DNA from: Cirrosporium novae-zelandiae
Lineage: Eukaryota
NCBI GenBank assembly: GCA_026023565.1
Contig: JAPETS010000002.1
Coordinates: 558,001 to 622,000, forward strand
Direction of reading: 5' to 3'
Length of the DNA: 64,000 nt
Position numbers and translations under genes: made by a program
The notes under the pieces: model-generated
What the model was told of the DNA's origin: nothing
Database searches by the model: none
Seen by the model: the letters and a program-made list of their open reading frames with translations, nothing else
Shown here: piece by piece, positions 39,420 through 52,526 of the stretch
How the letters are laid out: each line of letters starts with the position of its first letter
How positions within the stretch are numbered: the first letter of the stretch is position 1

Positions 39420-39974
39420 CTACGCCATTAAATAGCACATTGAACTCATATATCTAGAAGTGTAATCCACGTTAGTCCATATTCAGCATTGCAATTGAAA
39501 TCTTCCCCAACATACCTCTCTCAATATCTTCATGTCCATTATCCAGCTTCCATCTCGTCAAATACCGTTTCCCGCTCATAGGTCCTTCAATCCAGTCCTT
39601 CCGGTCAAGGGGTCCATATCTTCCTTTCAAAGGCTCCATTTTCCGGGTAACGAAAGGTGTCAACTGCATTAAAAATCCGAATCGTCAGCTCCAGCCACAA
39701 AATATCCCTTTCCATACACATAGCCCAGAGTACTTCCAAGGGGGGCTTAAGGAATAGCTATGAGGGGGCATACAATAGACTCGTTCAAATTCTCTGGACA
39801 CACATATGTCCGGACTTTTCTCCAATCGATTATATACCCGCCGTGCTTGGTATGCCGACCTAGAGAGCCCGTTCGGTTTCCCTTGTAGTATCCGCCGCCT
39901 ACGGCCGCTCGTTTCGTCGTGAGTCTGATGTGTGCTGGGCTGCGCCTGAAAAGTTGGGGTGTTGGTCTGAACAT
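39420..39974 (-). CDS. MRPL27: Mitochondrial large-subunit ribosomal protein mL41
   Basis: MFRPTP..RLTTK..GYYKGNRTGSLGRHTKHGGYIIDWRKVRTYVCP|LTPFV; intron 39773..39664; probable terminal intron 39515..39454 (if retained, stop at 39472). Confidence 0.9.
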
Positions 39975-40322
39975 TTTTATGGGAGGATGTTGGGGGATGA
40001 GAAGTACGGAAACGCGTAGAGGTGATGGTGAGAGGAGAGGAGTGGAGCTGATTTTGGTGGGGTTGTCGATTTGTGCGTTTGGAAATGTGAGGTTTGGATA
40101 TTCAGATAGCTCGATCAAGGAAAATTAAGGTTTGTTTAGCGGCACATAATTATCCATTTTATCTTATCGGCCGAATAGACCAAAAGAAAAAAAATAGCTA
40201 CCCGCAAATCGATTTTCGGAAAACTTCACCACCCCACAAGCGTAATAGCTTGTTTGTAGCTTTCTCCAAATTTCCCAATCCCGTCACAATACCTCCTCCT
40301 CCTTTTGTCACGCCGAGAAAAT

Positions 40323-43300
40323 ATGCCACGAAAATTGAGTGCAGCTGGGAGGGTTAGCGGTGGAAACAACAATACCCATGGGCATGGCGTCTCAAGAACA
40401 AGCAGAAGAAAAAATTCGAGAAAAGATCGATCGCTCAACGCCTTAGCGATCGCGGAAAAACAGATTCCCGAACAGATAAAAATTCAGAGGCATCGACTGG
40501 GCGAAGTGGAGGGCGATGAGCGCCCGAGAAGGAAAAGACAGGCCGAAGACGATGAAGACGAAGACGGGGAGGAGGATGGAGATGAGAGGGATATGAAAAG
40601 GAGGAAGAAAGCTAGGGTTGAGAGAGATGAGGGCGAGGATGAGGATGGCGAGCAAGGGAGTGATAGCGAGGGGAATGAGTGGCAATTGGGCGGCCATGTG
40701 GACAGTGAAGATGATAGTGATATTGACAGTGACGAGGCGTTCGGGGAAAGCGACGAAGAGAGGTTCGAGGGGTTTACTTTTAGGGGAAGTTCTAAGTTTG
40801 GAAAAAAGAAGAATAAGGTAAAACCCTCACAAAATGACCTACAAGAAAGTGGGGACGAGGATGGGGATAGCGACGGTTCGCTTGGAGAAGATGCAGTCGA
40901 CTTGGCTACAATTCTTGATCAGCCCGATTCCGATGAAGATATTCCACCACGCAAGAACATTAAGGAACGCCTGCAACCTGACTCCGATGAAGAAATGGCT
41001 AGTGACGGAGATGAAGAGGAAGTCGAGGAGGACGACTCTGAGAGCGAAGAGGAATCCAACTTATTCTCCTCGGAATCTGATGACGATCAGGATGAGTCTA
41101 AATTTGACGCTCTACAAGACCTCGTATCCTCTATCCAAAATACATCCGCAAAATCATCCAAAAAGAAGAGTCATACATCCGATCCTCATGAATCTGCAGT
41201 GCCTTCCTCCTTCGGTATCAACACCCAACAGAAGCTCTCTCTTTCCGATCTCCTTTCTACTGTTAATGATCCTTCAATCAAGAAATCCCTCAAGCTCCTA
41301 GCTTCAGACGATAAAGGAAGCCGTCGCAGCAAACGCACCGGTATCCCAGGTAAAATCGATGTTCCACTTGCCAAACGGCAGCAAGACCGTCTTGACCGAG
41401 CTGCCGCGTACGACAAAGCAAAGGAAACCCTTGGGAGATGGGTGGATACTGTTAAACATAACCGTCGAGTCGAACATCTCCAATTCCCTCTCGTAGACCC
41501 TAATAAAAGTAGTGCGGAGGGTACAAACCGACTTATCTCAACCGCAAACGCTAAGCCCATGAATGAACTTGAAAATACTATTCAGTCTATCCTTCTGGAA
41601 AGTGGGCTCATTACATCGAGTGGCAAGTCGGCCGAAGACAAAGTACTTGCTTTCGAAGAACTAAAAACGAATAAACTTCCCCTTGAAGAAGTGCAGCGTC
41701 GCCGTGCTGAGCTTCGCAAAGCTCGTGATTTGCTTTTCCAAGAGGAAGTGCGCGCAAAGCGTATCAAGAAGATCAAAAGCAAGGCGTACAGACGTGTCCA
41801 TCGCAAAGAAAGAGAAAAGGCTTCACTGGCAGAGAGAGAAGCCCTCATAAGCGCTGGTGTGAACGTATCAGAAGATGAGCAAGAACGAAACGATCGGCGG
41901 CGAGCGGAGGAGAGGATGGGGGCAAGACATAAAGAAAGTAAATGGGCAAAAAGTGTCAAGGCCTCAGGCAGAGCGGCTTGGGATGAGGATACGAGAGCGG
42001 GTGTTACCGAAATGGCTAGACGGGGTGAAGAACTGAAACGTAGAATCGAAGGTAAACCAGTCGACGAGAGCGACAATTCAGATGTCTCTGAGGATGGTGA
42101 TTCTGATGCATCGTCTGACCTCGCGGACAGCGAAGAACGTGCACGGAAAAAATACCAGAAGCAACTGGATCGTGTTGCAGAAAACCCATTTTCTATGAAT
42201 GGCGATAGATTGGGATCTCGCCTTTCTGGTTTGAAGTTTATGCAGAAAGCAGATGCAGCAAGAAAAGCACAGAATGAGGAAGATATTGAACGGCTTCGTC
42301 GAGAACTGGCTGGCGAAGATTCAGATATCGGATCAGATAATGAAGAGGAGCCAGCTGGTCGTAGGATATTTGGACCTTCAAAATCACGGGGTACAAACCC
42401 TAAGATCGCTGAGCAGAAGACCAATGAATTTGAAGAGGCATTCGATTCGGACGATGAAACGGCTCGCAAACAAGCCGCAGGTAATGACAATGAGGAAGTC
42501 GAAATTATCACTGATGTGGGATCAAGTGCAAGATCAAAATCAAACCCCAGATTTGGGGGACGACCACTTTCGAAAATAAGTGCCAGCCAAACACATCATA
42601 ACGAATCTGATAATGAAGATGCTACGGAAAACCCATGGCTTGCTCCTCCGTCGAAGAAAAAATCAAAGACTCATGATGCTACTTCTAGTTCGGTCCCAAT
42701 CCTAAATGATCTACCGCCCATGGCGGTATCCTTGCAGGCTACTAGTTCAAGGAAACAAGTTCAGAAGGAATCAGCTGCTAGCAAGCCATCACCGAATCCG
42801 CCAAAGTTAGCAGCTCCCTCGTCGAGGAATCTATCGTTTCCTCAGGCGAGTCATGGAGACTCGGAAGAAGAAACCCCCGTCCTATCGAGTAACCGCAACG
42901 AAGATGCGGTCCGAAAGGCATTCGCAGGTGACGATGTAGAAGCGGAATTTGAGAAGGAAAAGGAGGAGATTATCAAAGAGGATGATGATAAGATCATCGA
43001 TAATACGCTTCCGGGGTGGGGTTCCTGGATGGGTGAAGGAATAAGCAAGAAAGCGATGAAGAGACAGAAAGGGAAATTCTTGACCAAGGAAGAGGGCATT
43101 AAGGCTGAAAAGAGGAAAGATGCAAAGATGAAAAAGGTGATCATTAGTGAGAAGAAGATCAAGAAGGTAAGATTTCTAGCATTTGCTATGGCCACTACTT
43201 GGCAGCTAATATTTTCCAGAACTCCAAATACCTCGCTACTCAGCTCCCCTATCCGTTTGAAACGAGGGCTCAATATGAGCGTTCACTCCGACTTCCCATG

Positions 43301-43402
43301 GGTCCAGAATGGACGACCAAGGAGACGTTCCAGGAAGCCACCAAACCCAGGATACTTATTAAACAAGGCGTTATTAACCCTATGGAGAAGCCGAGGATCT
43401 AA
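40323..43402 (+). CDS. UTP14: U3 snoRNA-associated protein Utp14 (SSU processome)
   Basis: AKRIKKIKSKAYRRV, RAEERMGARH, LPGWGSW.G, PYPFETRAQYERSLRLPMGPEW; intron 43167..43219. Confidence 0.95.
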
Positions 43403-44114
43403 TATATTGTTTTATATGTTACAATGGGTATTTGGGAAGATGGATAAAAGTCAGGACTTAAGAAGTGCAGGTTATAAAGGCCTTAGAATAACGAATGAAT
43501 CAGAAGGGTTTAATTTGCATGTAGGAATGTGCCAAGTCATGTGTGACCAGGTTATTGGAAGGACAATAGGATGCACGACATTCGGATGCACAGTATAAAA
43601 TGCAAGCAAGCAGACAGTTCTCCTGTGGTAGGGTATGGCATGCAAGGTACCTGGGGGTAATTGCATACATGGTACATCGAATTTCCCCGCTTTCCACATG
43701 CCAAGGTTTCGGATGTATTGAGGATGATGGTTGGCTATGAAATGTCGTACTTATTTATGGTGGTGGGTGGAGGAGAATTTATCACCTGCGTCAGTTGACT
43801 GTTGGATCAGGTCCAACGGCTTTCCTGAACTAAATAATAATAAAAATTACTTGAGTCTTGAAAGTTATAGCTGTCATTGGTCATCAGCTCGGTTTTCAAA
43901 GGATAGATCCGTTGTTTTTTTCACTTGGGTATATTTCCATACCCGATACAATACCATAATACCGAGACATGACTGGTTTCTTGGGTGTTGACCCACTTCC
44001 CTCTTTCCTCAAATTCATGATTTTGTCTTAAAAGTATTGACTGTTGTTGGCCTATGATGATCCTACTTTGGTGTATTTAAGACAACCCATTTCAATATCA
44101 ACATCCTTTCCTCT

Positions 44115-44147
44115 ACACACACACACACACACACACACAACAACACA
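44115..44147. repeat. (CA)n microsatellite
   Basis: acacacacac... run visible at 44115-44147. Confidence 0.9.
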
Positions 44148-44839
44148 CCTTTAAGAAATTTAAGTCATCTATATTTCCTAATATTACAATTCTTAATCTT
44201 TCGCTATTCCTATTAAAGAATATAAACTAAATTCCCTATCTGCAACCCTCCATTTGCTTCGACGCCCTCGTGCTATCATAAGGTCGGTGCTCTTCCATCC
44301 CATGTGCCTTCGTTCCCCTTGCTTCCATCCTTTCAGTTCATTTCCTTGAAGATTACTAGCCCCCTTCAGGAATATTGTTTTTTTGATTTTCTTTTTAGCT
44401 TGTTTAGTAGATGCCACGAGAAAAACTGCATTCCCTTCCGGTGACTGAGCTATAATGATCATGAGAACCAACACATGGAATTGTTATTGAAATTCTTTGG
44501 AGATGCTGCTCCCCTTGCTTTAATATCTACTCCCCTGGCTGTGCTCATTTGTGGGTCTAATACGTAAGACCAGAAATATCCCTACCGCCTTGTCATTCAT
44601 TCTTCATGGGACCTTAGTTACCTCCTCTGTTTTGCTCGACGCCACACTTCCCCAGATTATTCAAGATCAAAAGATGGAGAATATGGTCATTCTTTCTCTT
44701 TGCGCAACCCAAGTCCGAACTCCTTTCCTGCTGATACAACCCGGATGACCGATGGATATTTATCCTTCAAGAGCCTAATTCAATATATTCACTGCACTTG
44801 CTCTTGCCGAACCGGTTTTCCTTGTACAGCATTTTCATC

Positions 44840-47513
44840 ATGGAGCCTTTTGGGTTTGGCATTTTGAGATGGCTGGTGTTGATACTCTCGCAGGTTTATA
44901 TCTCGAGAAGTCTTCCCCAACCTTTGAGCTACTCTTTATCTTCTGAAGCTTCCTACAGCACACAGACTCCTACCGTCACTTTAGTAGAGACCACAGCACC
45001 TGGAACTACAGGAGTGAGTACCATAGTTTGATCATTGGCCATTCGTGTGCTTATCCGGTTAGGTTGTACATGCGAGTCTTGAAACCGAAGGAAATCCCTC
45101 AGTTTTACCATTTCCAACCCCACAAGTTGCTTTGATAGACTTGTCAACCATGGCTACAACCCAAGATGCATTTCAGCAAATTGTTGCGGATGGCACAGCC
45201 TATCCGTCAACCATTGGTAGCCGTAGTGATCATCCCGTTGCCCGTTTAAATATTGTAAGTTGATTCTGAACCCTGTTGCTGTAACCAATTCATAGTCCTA
45301 GCAAATTTCGAGCATATGGACTGATCTACCATACAGGTTAACCAAACCGGAGCAATCTCGACCAACAAATTCTTTGCAAATTTCTTCCTTGGTACCCAAG
45401 GCCAGGCAACCTTTACACATCCCTACTCGGTAACATGGGCCAAGGGTAGTGGAAATGCCCAAAGCTGGGGATTGGCTATATCGCACATCGATGCGAGCCA
45501 AAAAGCTCTTGGACCGCAACAGACAAACATTCCCGGTTCACCAGTTCAATATTATATCAATCCCATTGGAATCCAAAGCATGATACTCTCAGCTATAGAG
45601 CTCGGAAGCTCAACAGTCTTGACCACAGACACAATTCAAGCATCCTCATGCAACGTCAACTTGCAGTCTACATCGGGATCTGGAAAAAAGATCACATTTC
45701 CGCTCGTTCAGGGGATGGGTTTTATCACCGCGATATACAATGGCCTGCAGCCTGCTGTCCAGAGCAGTGTCTTCTTTCGTTCTGTGGTATCTGTTGGGAC
45801 TGCTAAATCTGGAGTGTACAAGTATCGTATCACCCTCGAAGATAGCAAGTCGTGGTTGATGTATGCAACACCGACCAATGGTGCAGATCCAGGGTTCACT
45901 CTTGTGAACAATACATTGATCCAAGGTACCTCGAATTGGTATGGAACGATTCAGGTTACAAAAAATCCAGCAGGAACTTCTGCCGAGACAACCTTTGATG
46001 CTTCTGCTGGTGCCTATCCAACTACTGCTAACGTCACTGGGTCTGTGACCGGTAGTACTGGAACCTACAAATTTTCATGGACCAAAGGTGGTTTGACTAG
46101 TTCATCTTTGTTGATGTATGCACTTCCACACCATATCAAGAGTATTACCTCTCCATCCTTCAATACAAGCATTCAGCTTCAGACCACAACCAAAGGCAAT
46201 GCAACAGCTATCGTGGGGGATTCTTGGACATTGCAGGAATCAAACTTGCCTACTAATATGAGCTTCGCACCATGGAGACCTTCCTCTACAATTGGAACTG
46301 CCCTATCTGCGGCAGCAATCTCAGCCATCAACAGCGCTGCCTCCAGTGAGGTTACCCAAGATATGAATGCCCAATCCAACCTTGACAGCATGTACTTTAG
46401 CGGGAAAGCTCTTGCCAAATTCGCTATGATGATCTACGCAATTCATGATTTAGCTCAGAATCCCAGCTTAGCCACAACAGGTCTTTCCAATTTGAAGACT
46501 GCATTCTCTAGATTCGTCAACAACACTCAGACTTACCCTCTAGTCTATGACTCTGCCTGGAAGGGCATTGTGTCATCAGGCACTTACACCACTGGCAATT
46601 CTGGCCTTGATTTCGGAAATACCTATTATAATGATCACCATTTCCACTATGGCTACTTTGTCTATGCCGCCGCCGTCATCGGCTACCTCGACTCTACCTG
46701 GCTCTCTGCAAACAAAGCCTGGGTCAACACACTCGTACGCGATTTTGCTACGCCTGTGAAAACTGATCCACTTTTTCCATTCTCTAGATCCTTTGATTGG
46801 TATCATGGCCACTCATTTGCTAAGGGGTTGTTCGAGAGTGGAGATAGTAAGGATGAGGAGAGTTCGAGTGAGGATGCATTCTCCTCATATGCGATCAAGA
46901 TGTGGGGTAACGTTATTGGAGATAAGAGCATGGAAGCTAGGGGTAATTTAATGCTAGCTATTACAGCAAGAAGTTTGCAGAATTACTTCTTGATGGAGAG
47001 TACCAACACAAACCAACCAGCCAATTTCATTGGGAATAAGGTCACGGGGATTGTGAGTAGTTTCCAAGCTTTTTTGTTAAGAAGAGAACCTTGCTGACGG
47101 TGATTACAGCTGTTCGAAAACAAGTGTGATCATACAACTTACTTCGGGACCAATCTTGAATACATCCAAGGGTAGGTTGCCTTTTCTCTGATTCTCCCTT
47201 TGGCTGTCCTTTCTTCTCTTACTAAGTCATCTCTAGAATCCACATGATCCCTCTAAACCCATCCTCAACACTCACCCGTACAACCAATTTCGTCACTGAA
47301 GAATGGAACACCTATTTCGCGAGCAGTGCTGTCGACCCTGCCGCCAATGTGACTGGAGGTTGGAAAGGTCTCCTCTATGCTAACCTCGCTATAATCGACC
47401 CCAAGAGTGCATGGAACTTCTTTTCGCAGAGTAACTTTGATTCTAGTTGGCTTGATGGTGGTGCCAGCAGAACATGGTATTTGGCCTGGTGTGCCGCCCT
47501 AGGGGGAGCGTAA
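44840..47513 (+). CDS. Glycoside hydrolase family 81 endo-1,3-beta-glucanase (Eng1/Acf2-like)
   Basis: Signal-peptide-like exon 44840..45013; introns 45014..45062, ~45255..45336, 47053..47109, 47172..47236; motifs TNKFFANF, DSMYFSGK, YNDHHFHYGYF, DEESSSED, GIHMIP. Confidence 0.93.
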
Positions 47514-50331
47514 GAACTGCCCAAAGTTGAGAGAGAGGTTCTTGCAGATTGTTTACGTGTTGATGCAAATGCATGTGCTGGTGTTGACAATGTGGATTAT
47601 TGTTCATGACTCATGAGTACATAGACGCATGCATAGGATTGGATGAGATGGATTGATTGATCTATTTTTCTTGTTAGATACGATAGGTATAAAATGAATT
47701 AACGATTTCAAGGAACCCCTGCTCTGGTTGTTCTCTTGTTGATTGAGAAATTCCTCTATCTATACAGGGCTAATATATCATATGAGCTTTGCTGCCCTCA
47801 ATTAGTAAGACTAAAATCTAAGTTGGAGGATGACAATAAAATACATGTAATTAAGCGTAAGTCAACGTTATGCTATCCCGTTTCCGTGTTTTCGCGTTTT
47901 GGCGTGTTTTGGTACGAGCAAGCGTGCTGGCCTGGATTAGCCATCGTGTTTACTCGCTAGGGTAATTTCAGTAAGGTGTCCGTCTCGCATATATTACAAC
48001 GTTGTCCCCTACAATATGTTCGCGTTTTGTTTTCGCGCTTCTTACTTCTTTCCCTTGCTTTGTTATTTTACCTGGACCGTGAACTTCGATCGCCGGAGAA
48101 ATGTGTCACGACTTGCAACTATTATTTCCAATGATATAGATCGTCATATATGAAATTCTAGCGGGAAATAAATAGCTACGTTGTTTTTATTGGATAGCAA
48201 GATCTATATTAATTTGTGGTCTTACCGAAGATCGCTTGAGCCAAAAAAAAAAAAAAAACTCCACTCCGCCAGGTATCACCACCACTTGGTCTACGAGCTA
48301 TTGAATCAATCTGCTCAGTTCCTTCAATGTCTCCCCACCTTTCAATGGACGGATAATGTTTTGGCAACCTGTTCTTCATCGAACCATTCCTCAGTCAACC
48401 ATGAACACGAACTACATCAGACAACTGAGATGAAGCAGTCGGCGAGGATATGCGTCGTCCTTCCAGCACAAACCAAGATCTTATTAGATCGTATTGCTGA
48501 CCAGATTTATTTCTTCCTTTAGACATGTCAAAGAGCCCCAAGATTGTTCATTCTAAGAAGGGTGAATTGAAAACAACTTGGTTTGCATCTTAGAGAGCCA
48601 TATTAAAAGTTAAGTTTTTATATAGACAATGAACGTCGATAAGAAGCTGTATTATGGGTCGATAGTTGATAAGTATTCCACGAATCAAAGAATATAAAAA
48701 GTGACCACAGGCAACTTAATTCACACTTGGCTCTTTTTTATGGAGCCTTTGAGTTGTTTAGACAGATACAGCGACTCGCATCCTTGCAATGATTATACTT
48801 TCAAAGAAAAGCAACCCACTTATATGTGATAGTGGGCATTGAGCTGAAGAAGCTTGGATTTGAAGATGATTTTTTGGCCTAGCCCATGGGCTCTTGACCA
48901 GACCGGCATCCTGGATTTAAAAAGTCGTTCCACTGGATAGCAGAAACAGCCGTTAAGCCTGTTATATTGAAAAACCTACCCCTCACGGATGTTTTACCCT
49001 ATTTGTCTTATTCCGGTATGACTTCACATGTTTCCTATTACTCTAAGGATCCTTCTCTTAATCGACACCATTACTATGACAAGTTCAAAGCTATTGATTT
49101 GATACAACGCACAACCACCTCGAACCCAAGATGCCCTAGTAAAAACATCCCACCTCAGCTCTAATCAGGGGAGCATGAATGAAGACTGGCGTTCCACTAT
49201 GCATGAAAGGCATGCTTACCTGGCTCTCCACCTTGAAGAGAGGCGGTCTGGTCTATTCAAACGATCAGATATTCTATTCTACGCCACCAAGCCGAGGAGC
49301 CTCAGGCTAGAACTCCGGCAAAATGTAAGTGGTAGTGGCGTGGTTCCTTGGTCCCGGAACGGCGTCTATTTACGGATATCGATGGTACTGTGCGTTGTCT
49401 GGGGTACGTACAAGGATCTCGGGCAATATGAGACTTTTTCAGAAGAAAGACGATGTGGTAGGAGAACAATGTTGCTTCTTCGCACAGGTCAAGACATGAT
49501 CCCTACAAGGAAATGGTTGGCTACAGAGCTGCTAGCTGGTAGGTGCACAGTAGATCTGGCACATTTCTATTTTTCATGGGTGGTACACTGGTATCCTGTC
49601 GCAGCTACTTGTCAAGGTTAACCATGGAGTATACTAAGTATGCCCTGCATTTCTGATTCCCGTACCTTTTTTTGTTCAGCCGAAGCGGGAAATAAGGTTA
49701 CCTCAACCCTGTTGACCTTATGGTCAGGTCCCAGGGGTCATTTTGGATTATGGGGTAATATTTCCTACAGAATTTTTGATTCTAGCTCGAGTCACTGCTA
49801 ATGGCCAGTAATTTGTGTCTTGAAATCTATCCACCTGCCCATAGAATCATGCTATCCCTTCCCCCCCCCCCAAGGTGGTCGCTGGAAATCCCCTCATGTT
49901 TTTGTTCCACCAGCTTCCTTTGTCCACGGCATTGAGATAGTAGAATGAACTGATGTTGGCATTCTCGCTGCCGATCTTGAAATGCGCTTATGTTTTTACC
50001 CGTTAGGACTTTTATAGATATTAGATGGATCTATAGAGTGTAACGTTTTTTCCTATTTCGGCTCATAATCACGTTTTGGGATGAGGGAGTAAATATATTC
50101 GGATGTGGAACTATGGGCTTTCCAGTCGTGTTATCTGAAAACACCATTTCTCTGACAAAAACCCTCTGGCAAGCGAACCATGGTCCTGCCTATATATTCT
50201 CTTGATACTCCCTGCCATTGAAGAGCTCACCATCCAACACATCATCATCCATTCAACCCAACAACATCAACAATAACAAAACATTTGTTTCGCTTACCCG
50301 AATCAATCCAACCAACCCCCAAACAATCAAA

Positions 50332-50917
50332 ATGCAGTTCTCCAAGATCGCCATCCTCGCCGTTCTGGCCACTCCCTTCGCCGCTGCCCTCAGCCTCTCC
50401 TCCCTCCCCACCTGTGCTGTAAGAACTCCCACACTCACCCACAGAGAAGAAGCCACTCTAACAATTCCAACAGCTCAAGGCCGCTCTTGTCAGCATTGAC
50501 GACACCGGCTGCAGTCTCGTTGACACCGAATGTATCTGCGAGTCCACCACCTGGATGTCCAGCCTTGTCACCAGCGTCAAGGCTGCTTGCACTACTGCTG
50601 AATTGGAGGGTACAGATAATTTCCCTTTTCTAGAGTTTTCAGCACTCTATTTTTTTCCTTGAGCAACCTGGCTAACATTAAAATTCCCCCAGAAACCATT
50701 GAGTTCGCTGAGGCATACTGCCTTACCGCCGGTGTGACCCTCGATATCTCCGCCATCGAGGCCAGCGCTACCGCCAACTCCAAGCGTGCTGCTAAGACCC
50801 CAGCTGCTGCCAACGCTAAGGTTACCCCCGTCGTGAGTCCAGCCCAGTTTACTACTCCATGAATATTCCAATACTAAACCAACCTCCTCAACACAGGGCC
50901 GCTTCCGCCGCTACTAG
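50332..50917 (+). CDS. Small secreted CFEM-domain protein
   Basis: Exons 50332..50418, 50474..50609, 50693..50832, 50897..50917: MQFSKIAILAVLATPFAAA-LSLSSLPTCALKAALVSIDDTGCSLVDTECICESTTWMSSLVTSVKAACTTAELEETIEFAEAYCLTAGV...SKRAAKTPAAANAKVTPVGRFRRY; strongly C-ending codons. Confidence 0.88.
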
Positions 50918-51512
50918 ATGTGGCTCGTTCGATAAGCCTCCCGCCCACCACTGCCATGCAACCATTACCGCCAGTAGTCACCGTTAATTCGGCCTGACCT
51001 CCTCTGATCTCGTTGCTTTTCTCTTATGGGTTTTATTCTTAAAAACAAAAATCCTATCGGACGGGGGCTTACAAAACGCCCATACACCCAAAGAAACAAT
51101 CAAAAAAAGTTTGTTCTTGTTCTTGTTGATATGGGATTGATTGATGTTGATGATGTTTTTGATGTTGATGGATGATATGATTTGGATTGACTGATTTTGA
51201 TCCCCCGATTTGGTTTGTTTGTATTCGGTCTTAAGTCTGATTTATATATATATATTAAGGGCCCTTAGATTAGACTTAATTAGCCATACAGATTTTCTTT
51301 TCGGGGTTCTCTTTTTTTTTTCGGTTCTGAAAAAAAGAGAGACGTCATGATAGAAAATAAAAAATAAAAACTCCACGTTTTTTTAAACAAAAAGGAACTG
51401 AACTTTTTTTGTTTCTCCTTTCCACCCCCCCTTTTTTTTAAAAAAAAAAAAATTCTGATATCAGATAATCAGATAAGGAGAGATAGATACATAGATAGAG
51501 AGGGGGGTCAAA

Positions 51513-51946
51513 GGTGAAGGACGGATCTAAGAAAAGATAAAAGGTGAAATAAAAGAAGGAGGGAAGAAAGGAAGAAAAGAAGAAGGGAGAAGAAGAAAAA
51601 GACCTCGGAGCCTAACTAACTAACTAACTAAAAGTTCAGGTACCCATATATCCATATCTATAGGTCAAAATGAATTCTCAATCTTTCTTACTTTATCCCG
51701 CAAACCCGGGGGAGGGGGGGGGGGGGGGTGAAGGACGGACCCAAGAGAAGATAGATAAAAAGATAAAAAGAAAAAGAAAAAGAAAATATAAGAAAGAAGA
51801 AAGAAGGAAGAAGGAAGAAGAAGAAAAAGATCAAGGGACCTAACGTGTCTAACTAACTAAAAGTTCAGTACTATACAGTATATATTAGACCAAAATGAAT
51901 ACCCAATCCTTTTTTCCTTTACTCTAATTATTCTAATTATCCCACA
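51513..51946. repeat. Diverged tandem duplication, unit about 215-235 bp
   Basis: Blocks GGTGAAGGACGGA..AAGA(A/G)AAGATA, CTAACTAACTAAAAGTTCAG and CAAAATGAAT..CAATC occur in the same order from 51513 and from 51727. Confidence 0.8.
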
Positions 51947-52305
51947 ACACCTTAGCCTAGGGGTTAGGGAGGAGAGTACTGCATTCATAAAATAATAAAT
52001 AATAAAAGGATTCCTTTTTACCATTTGATATGGTATCTATCTACTATGGTTACCATGTATAGTTATATTTCGTGAGACGTATATGTATAAAATATACCAT
52101 TAATCAATTGAATCATGTTTTTTCCCTATTCTTCCATTTCTGACCCTTTTTTTCCTTATCAACACCAAACTTGAACCAATCCATATCCATTCATACATAT
52201 ATAACACAAAGAACCATCATTTTGCATTTCCATTTTGCATTAATTTTATTAAATCGCTTTGAAATCTAAAAACTTTGTATAGCACAGGAAATGACATGAA
52301 TGGTA

Positions 52306-52347
52306 GAAAAGAAAAGAAAAGAAAAGAAAAGAAAAGAAAAGAAAAGA
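52306..52347. repeat. (GAAAA)n microsatellite
   Basis: about 8 perfect GAAAA units. Confidence 0.9.
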
Positions 52348-52526
52348 AGAAGAAGAAGCGAAGCACTCCCCCCCTTCAATGCATATCAAACAAGTAACCC
52401 ATTCATTATATTGGTAGTACACTAATGTGCGGTTTGCCCATAACTATTCCTTTCCTGAGTATTCTTTAGACTTTGTAGATATATCTTTTATCTAGATAGA
52501 TTGATCGATGGATGAATAGATGGATG

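Noticed and set aside
41582..42511. 309-aa Ser-rich minus-strand ORF
   Set aside because: Antisense shadow of the charged region of UTP14
49175..49621. 148-aa ORF and nearby coding-like text at 48.3-49.0 kb
   Set aside because: No recognisable domain or codon bias; may be a relic but I cannot support it
51950..51970. TTAGGG-like sequence
   Set aside because: Single unit, not a telomeric array
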